Source: Acidobacteriota bacterium (GTDB lineage: Bacteria > Acidobacteriota > Thermoanaerobaculia > Multivoradales > Multivoraceae). From it: a stretch of 64,000 nucleotides of DNA. Made by a program: the position numbers and the translations under genes. Position 1 is the first letter of the stretch; every line of letters begins with the position of its first letter. Below are positions 55,790-64,000 of the stretch, piece by piece. The DNA lies in assembly GCA_029263415.1 (NCBI GenBank), contig JAJCXN010000048.1, positions 75,169 through 139,168 on the forward strand. Reading direction: 5' to 3'. The notes beneath the pieces were generated by a model. It saw only the letters and a program-made list of their open reading frames with translations. It did no database searches and had not been told where the DNA came from.

Positions 55790-56509
55790 TTGTCTCTTGG
55801 CATCTGGCATCATCTATCCGTGATCCCAACCGCGCTGACTAGCACCCTCACCAACGAACACCCGACGGCTCGCCTGACCGGCTCGCCGTCGCCGTGGGCG
55901 GCCTGGAATCTTCGGTTCAATCCGTTCGGAGAGCCCTCCTCGGAGGACGTACCTGGGTTAATCGTCGAGAACGTGGATGACCTACAAGCCTGGGTCGAAA
56001 CACCAGGGCATGCGCTTCAATTGCTGGGCGACAAAGGGCGCGGCAAGACTGCCCGACTCAGAGCGCTCGAGCCACGGCTTCAGATTCCATACGTCTACCT
56101 AGGAGAGGGTGAGCCGATTCCCTACCTGCCGCGCTGCGGTGGTCTGTTGCTTGACGAAGCGCAGCGGCTACCGCGAGGCCAGCGCCGTCGACTGTTCAAC
56201 GAGATCGATCAGCTCGCCCTTTCCTCCCATGAAAATCTGGAGAGGGACTTGAGTGCTGCCGGCTGGGAGGTGCGCACCGTGCACGTGGGCGGCTTTGAGA
56301 CCTCCCAACTCGACGTGATCCTCACGCGGCGTTTGGAGTGGGCGCGCCGAGGGCCGGGTCCGCTGCCTCAGATCCGCACGCAGACCCGGGACACGCTGAC
56401 ACGGCACCACGGTGACGACCTTCGTGCCATTCTTGACGATCTCTATGAGCGCTTTCAGAAAGCAATCGCGCTCGCTGAACACAACCAGGAGCGCCATGTC
56501 AAAGTGTGA
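55790..56509 (+). CDS. small P-loop NTPase (ExeA/AAA-like), hypothetical
   Basis: Walker A GDKGRGKT and Walker B LLLDEAQ. About 200 aa core with no additional domains. Start codon non-ATG (TTG) per the track. Confidence 0.55.
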   Translation: MSLGIWHHLSVIPTALTSTLTNEHPTARLTGSPSPWAAWNLRFNPFGEPSSEDVPGLIVENVDDLQAWVETPGHALQLLGDKGRGKTARLRALEPRLQIPYVYLGEGEPIPYLPRCGGLLLDEAQRLPRGQRRRLFNEIDQLALSSHENLERDLSAAGWEVRTVHVGGFETSQLDVILTRRLEWARRGPGPLPQIRTQTRDTLTRHHGDDLRAILDDLYERFQKAIALAEHNQERHVKV

Positions 56510-57656
56510 CCTCACCATCGAACTGGATCAGTCAACTGATGTGTTTCACCCTGGGGACGAGATTTCGGGACACGTCGTGGTTCGAACCGACCAAGACGTT
56601 CGGTGTGATGGGCTAGATGTCGAGTTGAACTGGCGTACCCATGGCCGCGGCAGCGTGGCAAGCGGTGACGCACAGACCATCCGCTTGTTCGAGGGCGAGT
56701 GGGCCGACCTCACCAACCTTCGATATTCGTTTCAGTTCACAGTCCCTGGTGGCCCAGTGACTTACCACGGCCACTACCTCAACGTGGCCTGGACGGTGCG
56801 GGCGCACGCGGACATCCCGTGGAAGTTCGATCCAAAGGCGGAAGTCGAATTCGCGCTCACATCTGGGCCTGAGACCGAACAGAGAGCAAACTGGGAGAGC
56901 CAGTTCGCAGGGGGATACCAACCAGACCTTTCCGAGCTCATTGCGGATGCTCAGCGCATGGGAGAGTCGGACTCAAGCGCAACGGGTGGTGCGAGCAGTC
57001 GCCAATCATGGAGCGAGATCAAGAGCAAGACCTTTGCTAGTCCCGCGAGCACGGCAATTGGCCTTGGCTGTGTTGGCATTGGCTTGCTTTTGCTGCTCGG
57101 CTTCGTCGGCCTGTTTGGTGCTTGGGCGTGGGACGGCGTCCACAAAGCCAGCGCGGGCGACTGGGGTGGTGCGATTCCGGGACTGATCGTTGCGGTGGTG
57201 ATGGTGCTCATAGTGCTCGGATTGACCTGGGCGATCGTTTCGCAGCGCATGCTGAAGTCGCGCTTCGGAACGATCGATCACGGCATTGAACCTGACCGAG
57301 CAGAGCCCGGCGAGGGTGTCTCTGTCCGGGTGTCCTTCACTCCCGAGAAGGACACCTTGATCAATCGGTCGACCGTACAACTCGTAGCATTCGAAGAGGT
57401 GGTCAGCGGCTCAGGGACGAACCGGAAGACCCGCCGACATTCAATCCACGATCAAGAGTTCGAACTCAGCGCGGAGCGCAGGCTCATGGCTAGGCAGCCA
57501 GTCATCTTGGAAACCGAGGTGGTCATCCCGGCAACCGCCCCGCCCTCGTTCAAGGCTCACAGGAACGAGCTGACGTGGAAGATCATTACCCACGTTGACA
57601 TCGCCCGCTTCCCAGACTGGGGCGAAACGAAGACCGTTGTGGTGATGCCTCATTAG
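56496..57656 (+). CDS. membrane protein with an arrestin/Spo0M-like N-terminal β-sandwich, a two-helix TM hairpin and a second β-rich domain
   Basis: AGGAG 4-5 nt upstream of ATG (MSKCDLTIELDQ…). CDLTIELDQSTDVFHPGDEISGHVVVRTDQDV…LDVELNWRTHG pattern resembles arrestin-N/Spo0M. TM hairpin IGLGCVGIGLLLLLGFVGLF / IPGLIVAVVMVLIVLGLTWAI. Overlaps the upstream NTPase gene by 14 nt. Confidence 0.5.
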   Translation: MSKCDLTIELDQSTDVFHPGDEISGHVVVRTDQDVRCDGLDVELNWRTHGRGSVASGDAQTIRLFEGEWADLTNLRYSFQFTVPGGPVTYHGHYLNVAWTVRAHADIPWKFDPKAEVEFALTSGPETEQRANWESQFAGGYQPDLSELIADAQRMGESDSSATGGASSRQSWSEIKSKTFASPASTAIGLGCVGIGLLLLLGFVGLFGAWAWDGVHKASAGDWGGAIPGLIVAVVMVLIVLGLTWAIVSQRMLKSRFGTIDHGIEPDRAEPGEGVSVRVSFTPEKDTLINRSTVQLVAFEEVVSGSGTNRKTRRHSIHDQEFELSAERRLMARQPVILETEVVIPATAPPSFKAHRNELTWKIITHVDIARFPDWGETKTVVVMPH

Positions 57657-57854
57657 CAGGTCATAACAGTGCGTCAACCACACTATTTCTCCCAAGCTCT
57701 CAAGGCCGCTAAACGCAGCCTTCCTTCAAAACAGCACGCATCTCGCGCACACTTGGCTTGCTACGCCAACGCCGGCCCGTCGCTGCGGAGTCCTGCTGCG
57801 GAGATCTCCGCGGACGACTGCTCGACCACGAGATCACTTTCTCCAATGACTGTC

Positions 57855-58862
57855 TCATTGAGCGATCGCGGTGGGATGAATCCCCTCTCCAACCACGAAG
57901 CGCGAACCCACAGCACCAACGACCGCTGACGACCGGTTCAATCCTAAGCCGGTCCTTAGGCGCATCAGCGGCTCGATCCCCGTGCAATGTCCCGCCATCA
58001 GGTGGTCGAGGCCGATCTGTCGAAGCCGGTCGGCCGTCCAACCCAGGGTCTCTTCATCTGCATTGAAGAGGTGCATTCCGCCCATCAAGGCGTGAATTCG
58101 CTGGTTGGAGTTCCTTTCTCGAACCTGCTCAAGCAGGTTCACCGCACCGGAATGCCCGCAGCCCAACAAGACCACCGGCCCGTTCTCGGAAACGATTGTG
58201 AGACCTTGACTCTCTGGGACGAAATCGACCTTCCACTCGCCGTCGATCTCTACCTCGATCGACAACGGGAAGTTCCGCTCGTCGTGTTTTCGTTCGACTG
58301 GGCCGGTCAACCAAACTCCAGGCTGCACTTCGGCTGCTGCGTCGTACTCAAGGACCTCGATACCCATCTCGATCAGACTGACGCGTACAGCGCTCATCTG
58401 ATTGATCTTGCTCGCCATGGCTTGTTCCGCGTTCCCTCCCACCCTACGACGAGGAAGAAAGATGCCCGCAGCGACGTGCACACGCTGTAGCGTACCCGCT
58501 TCTTTCAGCTTGCTCGCCAGTGGAACGAGACCACTGGTGTGATCGGAGTGAAAGTGGCTAAGAACAATGTCTGAGACGCAAGTCAGATCTACATTCAAGA
58601 CCTCGGCGTTCCGGATCACAGTGTCGGGATAGCGGCCGGTATCGAACAGAAGGCAATGATCGTCGGCCTTCACCAGCGCTGCGAAGCCCCACTCCCCCAC
58701 CGTAGCGCCATCGGCAAGATTGGAAGACAGGATCGTCACCTCAACCGACTTCGCCACGTGCCGCGCTGACTCCTCGAGAGAACGCTCTGTCGGATTCAAA
58801 AACGCGGCGACCGCCAAAAGGAAGAAGGGAACGAACGATGAAACGATGGGCTGAGCAGTCAT
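57855..58862 (-). CDS. secreted MBL-fold metallo-hydrolase
   Basis: HxHxDH motif LSHFHSDHTSG, downstream His/Asp ligands (GCGHSG). Signal FVPFFLLAVAAFLNP. Start chosen at MTAQPIV (track start 59042). Confidence 0.75.
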   Translation of the reverse strand: MTAQPIVSSFVPFFLLAVAAFLNPTERSLEESARHVAKSVEVTILSSNLADGATVGEWGFAALVKADDHCLLFDTGRYPDTVIRNAEVLNVDLTCVSDIVLSHFHSDHTSGLVPLASKLKEAGTLQRVHVAAGIFLPRRRVGGNAEQAMASKINQMSAVRVSLIEMGIEVLEYDAAAEVQPGVWLTGPVERKHDERNFPLSIEVEIDGEWKVDFVPESQGLTIVSENGPVVLLGCGHSGAVNLLEQVRERNSNQRIHALMGGMHLFNADEETLGWTADRLRQIGLDHLMAGHCTGIEPLMRLRTGLGLNRSSAVVGAVGSRFVVGEGIHPTAIAQ

Positions 58863-59119
58863 GGGCTCTCCAGAGGCAGCAATCGACGGACTCCCGACAA
58901 TGTCGTTCGCAACAGCATCCAAAACATTACAGGGCACCTGACTCCGCATCGCGACTCCCTCAACGAACCACGGAAAGGGTCCCAATTCGAACGGCAGTCG
59001 CACCGGAGTCGGACTCCAACATAGCAAACCACTCGTTTCCAACCCCCGAAGTCACGGGGCCACAAGAGCGGGCAGCCCCGAGTGTTCGCGCGCCAATCGT
59101 CACAGGCAGACCCCGAGTC

Positions 59120-60466
59120 CTAGTAGGTCAGCGCCTGACGGTCGACAACGCGTCCTCGATGGACCACAGCGACAATCCTCTGGGTGTTCCGGATGTCTGC
59201 CAACGGGGAACGGTCGAGTACAACAAATGATGCAGTGTCGCCAACAACGAACCCCGCCGAGCGACCGAGAAAGTCGCCTGCCAGAGTGGTGGCGGCAGCG
59301 AGAGCCTTCCAACGGGTGAGCCCTGCTCGCTCCAACCAGAGCATCTCGCGGTGCACAGAGTAGCCCTGAAAGACGCCAAACCCTCCAGCATCTGTCCCAG
59401 TCAGCAAGAGCACTCCCGCCGCGTCGAGCTGGCGTACGCTACCGAGCCGAGCACTCTTGTCCTGCTCGAAGGAGGCGAGTTCGGCAGCCACCTTGTGGCG
59501 GTAGGCCGGGTCTCGGTACTTTGCCAGCAGACTAGGGCTCGCGACCGTACGCAGTAAGTCATTCTCGAGAAGCTCTGGTTCCGCTACAAGCGCTGGTCGA
59601 TCCAAGTAGACACTCAGGGTCGGAACGACCACCGTCCCGCTCTTCTTGATCGCCTCGATGACGTCCCTAGGAACAAGCTCGGCAGCGCCATCTGGGCCAT
59701 GAGTGATCGCAGTTGCGCCAGCCTCCGCAGCGTGGCGGGCGAACTCCCAGCTGCCGACATGAACCATGGTTTTGAGCTCTAGGGCAGTGGCTGTCTGGAT
59801 CGCAGCCTCCAGTGTTGCCCGGTCGATTGTCGGCATCGATCCCTCGTGGTAAACGATCTTGACAACGTCAGGTCGTTTCAAGGCGAGCTGCGTTATTTCT
59901 CGTATTGCATCTTCTGGGGTGTCAATGACCCGGGTCGGAATGGGGTACTCAGTGCAGTGCCCGTCGCTTGCCGTCAAACAGGGACCCGCGGCAAAGAGAT
60001 CAGCGCCAGCCACCGCCCTAGGGTCGCTGCGCTGGCGGTCACGCTGCGCCAGGATCACGGCCTCTAGACCAAACAGGTCCAGCACACCCACCACTCCGAC
60101 TGCAAGCGCACGCTTCAACGAGCCGCCGGTACCGAAGAACTCGCCCCGCCCGGAGGGACTACCGTTACCGTACGTATGACTATGCAGGTCGTGGAGGCCA
60201 GGAATCACAAACAGTCCGGAAGCATCCAGTGTTTCACCGTCAAAGCCAGACGGCCTCTGTGGTCCGAGTGCTGCCACCTTGCCGTCGAGAATCCAGACGT
60301 CTGCGCGCCGGACCGTCTCCGTCCGCGGGTCAACCAGAGCGGCGCCTGCGATATGCAAGTCGCCCTGCGCCTGCGCTGGCGCCGCTAGCGGGAAAGAGAC
60401 GAGCAGAGAGATCCACATCGGCAGGGTGTAGAAGCTGCCCCACAAGTATGCAGAGGCTTGTCGCAT
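59120..60466 (-). CDS. secreted amidohydrolase-family protein
   Basis: AAGGA 7 nt upstream of ATG (MRQASAYLW). Signal ISLLVSFPLAAPAQA. Metal-binding HDLHSH near the N-terminus and amidohydrolase-like C-terminus (…GTDAG…). Confidence 0.75.
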   Translation of the reverse strand: MRQASAYLWGSFYTLPMWISLLVSFPLAAPAQAQGDLHIAGAALVDPRTETVRRADVWILDGKVAALGPQRPSGFDGETLDASGLFVIPGLHDLHSHTYGNGSPSGRGEFFGTGGSLKRALAVGVVGVLDLFGLEAVILAQRDRQRSDPRAVAGADLFAAGPCLTASDGHCTEYPIPTRVIDTPEDAIREITQLALKRPDVVKIVYHEGSMPTIDRATLEAAIQTATALELKTMVHVGSWEFARHAAEAGATAITHGPDGAAELVPRDVIEAIKKSGTVVVPTLSVYLDRPALVAEPELLENDLLRTVASPSLLAKYRDPAYRHKVAAELASFEQDKSARLGSVRQLDAAGVLLLTGTDAGGFGVFQGYSVHREMLWLERAGLTRWKALAAATTLAGDFLGRSAGFVVGDTASFVVLDRSPLADIRNTQRIVAVVHRGRVVDRQALTY

Positions 60467-60669
60467 GATGGATCCTTGAGAGTTCACAGCTACCAACCAG
60501 GACGGAGGAACCTTCTAGAAAGTTCACTCGCCCCCTGGGTTCTCAAGGTTCGTACGCTTCGCTAGAAGGCGCCGGTGGAAACTCTTCTTCAAGTCACTTG
60601 CTGACCTCTTGGCTAGTTCAGGTGCCCTCTAGCACTTGTTGGTGCACTCAGAACTCTCTCGGATGCTGC

Positions 60670-61482
60670 TTAGCGCGTAGCTGTCACCACATATCCACGA
60701 ATCTTGCCGTTGACCGCACCGGTGCCGAATCGACATTGAATGGCCGCAGTGGCTGCCTCCACAGCTTCTCCGAGCCTTGAGGAAGCACGGGACCGAATCT
60801 CTTCGTAAAGTGGCGTTCCGTGGCAGTAGGCGATCGCCACGTCAACAGCCCGCGGCGCCAGGCTTCGCGCCTCGACCGCTTCGGTCTCGATGTTGTCGAA
60901 CCCCCCTTGAACGAGGTGCCGGCGAATCTCGTCTTCGTCGTGGTAACCGTGGGGAGTGCGGGCGAGAAACAGCGGCGGGTCCTCGGGAAAGAGCATGCCG
61001 ATGGCTTCGGTGACGACATCCGCGAACTCATTCGCCTTGATCTGGTCCCAGACGTTGAAGATGAATCTCCCCTCTGGACGAAGAACGCGATGCGCTTGTG
61101 TGTAGGCACGGACCTTGTCGGGAAAGAACATCACTCCGAACTGGCACAGGACCGCGTCGAAAGAACCGTCCTCGAAGGGCAACTCGAGGGCATCGATCTG
61201 GCGCCACGAAACTGCTCGGCTTGTCTCAATGGCGGTGGCTCGATCCAGCATCGCCTCATTCAGATCAGAACCCACGATTTCCACAGACGGTGGCAGATTG
61301 CGAGCAAGTGCTCGCGTGACCACCCCGGTGCCCGCAGCGAGTTCCAGCACACGACCTTCCGTCAAGTCGCGAAGGCGTTCAACCAGATCGGCGGCGTACG
61401 ACTCAAAGATCAACGGCACCAGGTAGCGATCGTAGATCTCGGGTACCGAGCCTTCAAAAACGGCGTCCGTGGGAGAAGTCAC
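60670..61482 (-). CDS. class I SAM-dependent methyltransferase
   Basis: Motif I VLELAAGTG. Motif post-I/II (DLNEAML, FDAVLCQFGVMFF). Confidence 0.85.
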   Translation of the reverse strand: MTSPTDAVFEGSVPEIYDRYLVPLIFESYAADLVERLRDLTEGRVLELAAGTGVVTRALARNLPPSVEIVGSDLNEAMLDRATAIETSRAVSWRQIDALELPFEDGSFDAVLCQFGVMFFPDKVRAYTQAHRVLRPEGRFIFNVWDQIKANEFADVVTEAIGMLFPEDPPLFLARTPHGYHDEDEIRRHLVQGGFDNIETEAVEARSLAPRAVDVAIAYCHGTPLYEEIRSRASSRLGEAVEAATAAIQCRFGTGAVNGKIRGYVVTATR

Positions 61483-62011
61483 AACAACACCTTCGTTCTC
61501 TCTTTTTAGGAGTATCTTGGGCTTCCGCCGTCACTGAGTTTTCATTCTTGGACTGACTGTCTTCACGACTTGCTCCTGCGCCGGCAGGCTGACGGTTCGC
61601 AACCGCATCAACTGATCACCCAACATGACCTAAGGCCCCTACGAGCCGTCCCTAGCGGCCCCTGGTCGTCTTGCCGCTTGGACAAGGAGACGGGGAAACA
61701 GCCGACTCATGGCGCCAAGACCTCTTCACACGACGCCCAGACCCGGCCCGGAGTTCCGCCGATCGAGAAAGCGTACCCCAAGACAATGGCCGGAAGCACA
61801 CCACGGCGACGACCAACATCCCGAAGGCCGTAGAGACGGTTCGGATCGTTCGATCGCGAGCCTGCAGGGTCATGTCTGTGGCAGGCCGTTTAGACGGAGC
61901 ACTTCCGTCAACCCGACCGAGCCCCGAACGAGGACCGGGACCGTCGCTGACTAGCGCACGTTGTCAACAGTTCTATTCGTGCGCGGTCTCCCTCACGAAT
62001 CGAGATACCCG

Positions 62012-62575
62012 CTAGCTCAGAAAGCTCGCTGCAAAACGGACCCAGAGGAAGATCAACGTGATGCAGCCTGTCATCCAACAGGCAAAGCGCCACTTGACGT
62101 TGTTGAAGGCAATATAGACAGTGGCGTGTACTAACCTGGTCAAAACAAAGAGCCACGCCAAGCCGAGCTGCGCGTCATCGCGCCAACCGGTTGCGATCAT
62201 GAGTAGACAAACCACATAGAACAGCGTTGGCACTTGCATCAGGTTGTTGAACGTACGGGCCGGGCGTTCAATCCACTCGATGGGAACGTCTGATGTGTAG
62301 TCTTCGTAGTACTTTGCCGAGACAAGCCCGCGGAGAACGCCGCCGTTGCGGGCCACAACCATGAGCAACCAGACGACCCCGGTAAGACCGACCATCGCGA
62401 GGATGGGACCAACTAGATCATCCACGGCGCGCAGGCCTTGGGCAGATCGAACGACTGAGAACGAGACCGCTGCAGTGAACAGCGTAAGCACAGTAGCTAC
62501 TCGGAGGTAGTCGTTGAGCGTTGGCGACGGGTATTTCTGAGGCCCCGGCGGGCGGCTGCCATCAGAGTTAGTCAT
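62012..62575 (-). CDS. MAPEG-family membrane protein (putative)
   Basis: 187 aa, 4 predicted TM helices, R/Y-containing loops typical of MAPEG. Assignment by overall pattern only. Confidence 0.5.
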   Translation of the reverse strand: MTNSDGSRPPGPQKYPSPTLNDYLRVATVLTLFTAAVSFSVVRSAQGLRAVDDLVGPILAMVGLTGVVWLLMVVARNGGVLRGLVSAKYYEDYTSDVPIEWIERPARTFNNLMQVPTLFYVVCLLMIATGWRDDAQLGLAWLFVLTRLVHATVYIAFNNVKWRFACWMTGCITLIFLWVRFAASFLS

Positions 62576-63002
62576 AAGGGCTACTTTCCACTTCTCGCAC
62601 GGGAGATCCCCACTCTTGAGTTAACACTGTCACTGAATCGTCGACAGCTATCCTGTTCCTGCAACCGCATCCTTGGCACTGGAGCAGAATCAACTCTAGC
62701 TGACCAGCCGGCTGACCGACGACCAGTCTCGAGTGGAGCTGTGGTCGAGAGGAGAGCGTGGTTCGGGCCAGGGCCCCAGCGACTGAATAGCGAAGGCAGC
62801 ATCCCATCAACGGGGGCAGCTGGCTGAGGCGCGAACGCGGAGCGGTGGCGTCGATGAACGAGCTGGTAGTGCAAGCCGGCGCCCACTAGGAACGCGCCGA
62901 TCGCGCCGCGGACGCCGAGGTTTCGGTAGCGGTGGCGTCGTTGCTGGCCTAGCCAGCGAGAAGGAAACGACCCTCACTCGGTGCGCTAAGCTGGGTCCCA
63001 GA

Positions 63003-63422
63003 ATGCAACAGGAAGAGGAACAGCGGCAGGTACGGCAAGCGATGCTCGACTGCCGTTACCACTTGCAGCTGCGCATCAGCGACCGGGCGTTTCCCTCGGT
63101 CAGCGACCTCGAAGAGGGCGATCATGTCGCTCGATTCAGGGGGGCCGTAGTTGCCCTGTTTCGTCAGCAAGTCGCGGATCTCGAGGTTGGTAGCCCTCTC
63201 GCCCTCACAATCGAACACTGCGTCCGGCAAGAGCATTTCGGCCGGTTCGCCATGATTGGAGGTTTCACGGTTATGTCCGACCCCCTCGAAGAGATCGAGG
63301 TCTTGGAAGTCGTGCTCAACTCGAGGCTGCAAGTCCCATGCGGCCTAGTGCTACCGCTTCAGGCTCCAACCGATCACCCCCAGATCCAGGGGCCAGGGCT
63401 CGATTGGATGGCGCACAGCTGA
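63003..63422 (+). CDS. hypothetical protein (weakly supported; antisense alternative 62949..63332 not excluded)
   Basis: 139-aa ORF with high third-position GC, immediately upstream of the monooxygenase gene on the same strand. No motif recognised. Confidence 0.3.
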   Translation: MQQEEEQRQVRQAMLDCRYHLQLRISDRAFPSVSDLEEGDHVARFRGAVVALFRQQVADLEVGSPLALTIEHCVRQEHFGRFAMIGGFTVMSDPLEEIEVLEVVLNSRLQVPCGLVLPLQAPTDHPQIQGPGLDWMAHS

Positions 63423-63561
63423 TGGATCTGCTTGAGCACCGAACGGCGCGCACGGCCGTCAGAGCCCTGGCTGGCAAGTCGTGGAAGCATAGACGCCGCG
63501 CGACGATCCGGTCGTGGAAGAATGCAACGCCGCAACCAAAGCCCCCGAAGGAGTAGCTTCC

Positions 63562-64000
63562 ATGAGATCCGACGAGACCGAGACCCAGGCACAAGTAGAC
63601 ATCGACGTGGTCGTTGTGGGCGCGGGAATGGCTGGGCTCTACATGCTGCATCGGCTCCGGGGCGAGGGCATTTCTGCCATCGCACTCGAATCTGCGGACG
63701 ACGTGGGCGGCACCTGGTACTGGAATCGTTACCCGGGCGCCCGCTGCGACATTCAGAGCCTCGACTACCAGTACTCGTTCGACCCGGAGCTGGCCAAAGA
63801 GTGGCAATGGAGCGAGAAGTACGCCACCCAGCCTGAGATCCTCCGCTACTTGCAGCACGTCGCCGAGCGCTACGACCTGAGGCGCGACATCCGCTTCGAG
63901 ACGCGGGTCAAGGGTGCGACTTGGGACGAAGAAGCAGGGCTCTGGCGTATCCGCACACAGGGCGCTGGATCAGAGGCCGACGGCGAGATCTCCTGTCGGT
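63562..64000 (+). CDS. Baeyer-Villiger (flavin-containing) monooxygenase, 3' end outside the window
   Basis: GGAG 9 nt upstream of ATG. FAD-binding GAGMAGL. BVMO fingerprint GGTWYWNRYPGARCD. Open to the window end. Confidence 0.8.
   Translation, partial: MRSDETETQAQVDIDVVVVGAGMAGLYMLHRLRGEGISAIALESADDVGGTWYWNRYPGARCDIQSLDYQYSFDPELAKEWQWSEKYATQPEILRYLQHVAERYDLRRDIRFETRVKGATWDEEAGLWRIRTQGAGSEADGEISCR

Noticed and set aside
62949-63332. 127-aa minus-strand ORF overlapping the 63003..63422 plus-strand ORF
   Set aside because: Neither has motifs. I kept the + strand ORF at low confidence because it is co-directional with and immediately upstream of the monooxygenase gene; this is unresolved rather than firmly rejected.

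Overview
This 64 kb window reads as a GC-rich (roughly 65% by eye) bacterial chromosomal segment with about 50 protein-coding genes on both strands. I did not recognise any rRNA, tRNA, CRISPR array, IS element or prophage core. Gene content points to an Acidobacteriota- or Gemmatimonadota-like environmental bacterium, which is inference only: a PadR regulator coupled to an ADOP-type duplicated permease, an ECF sigma factor of the kinase-associated type next to a Ser/Thr kinase, several TPR-containing proteins, many lipoprotein or secreted hydrolases, a seven-haem cytochrome c and a β-propeller BNR protein.

The main finding is a candidate selenoprotein. A thioredoxin-fold (AhpC/TSA or Bcp-like) redoxin gene on the minus strand at 16807..18033 is interrupted by one in-frame TGA exactly where the first Cys of the W-C-x-x-C redox motif belongs (read-through gives ...VFVFYRSAVW-U-PPC...). 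An fdhF-like SECIS hairpin with a GGUC apical loop lies 15 nt downstream, and the redoxin domain is fused to a DsbD-alpha-like domain.

Other features are listed in window order. A 93-nt partial copy of that redoxin gene sits at 9257..9349. A Ser/Thr kinase-TPR gene is translationally coupled to an FHA, sigma-54-dependent activator (11108..11111). A second pair is an ECF sigma plus a kinase with a β-propeller. Two unrelated secreted proteins end in the same C-terminal motif, FESG-x-IS-x-W. A secreted protein has tail-fibre-like repeats. A small P-loop NTPase overlaps a gene for a split arrestin-like protein with two transmembrane helices. A cluster of secreted zinc hydrolases begins with a small lipoprotein coupled to an astacin. 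Two gene remnants are present (a DUF5916-like fragment and an ADOP permease C-terminal fragment). Several short tandem repeats occur in coding and non-coding DNA.

Sub-ORF coordinates such as chosen starts were derived by codon arithmetic from the supplied ORF track and may be off by 1-3 nt. At about 55.86 kb my manual reading of the printed sequence disagreed with the ORF track by one base, so the track was used as the authority there.
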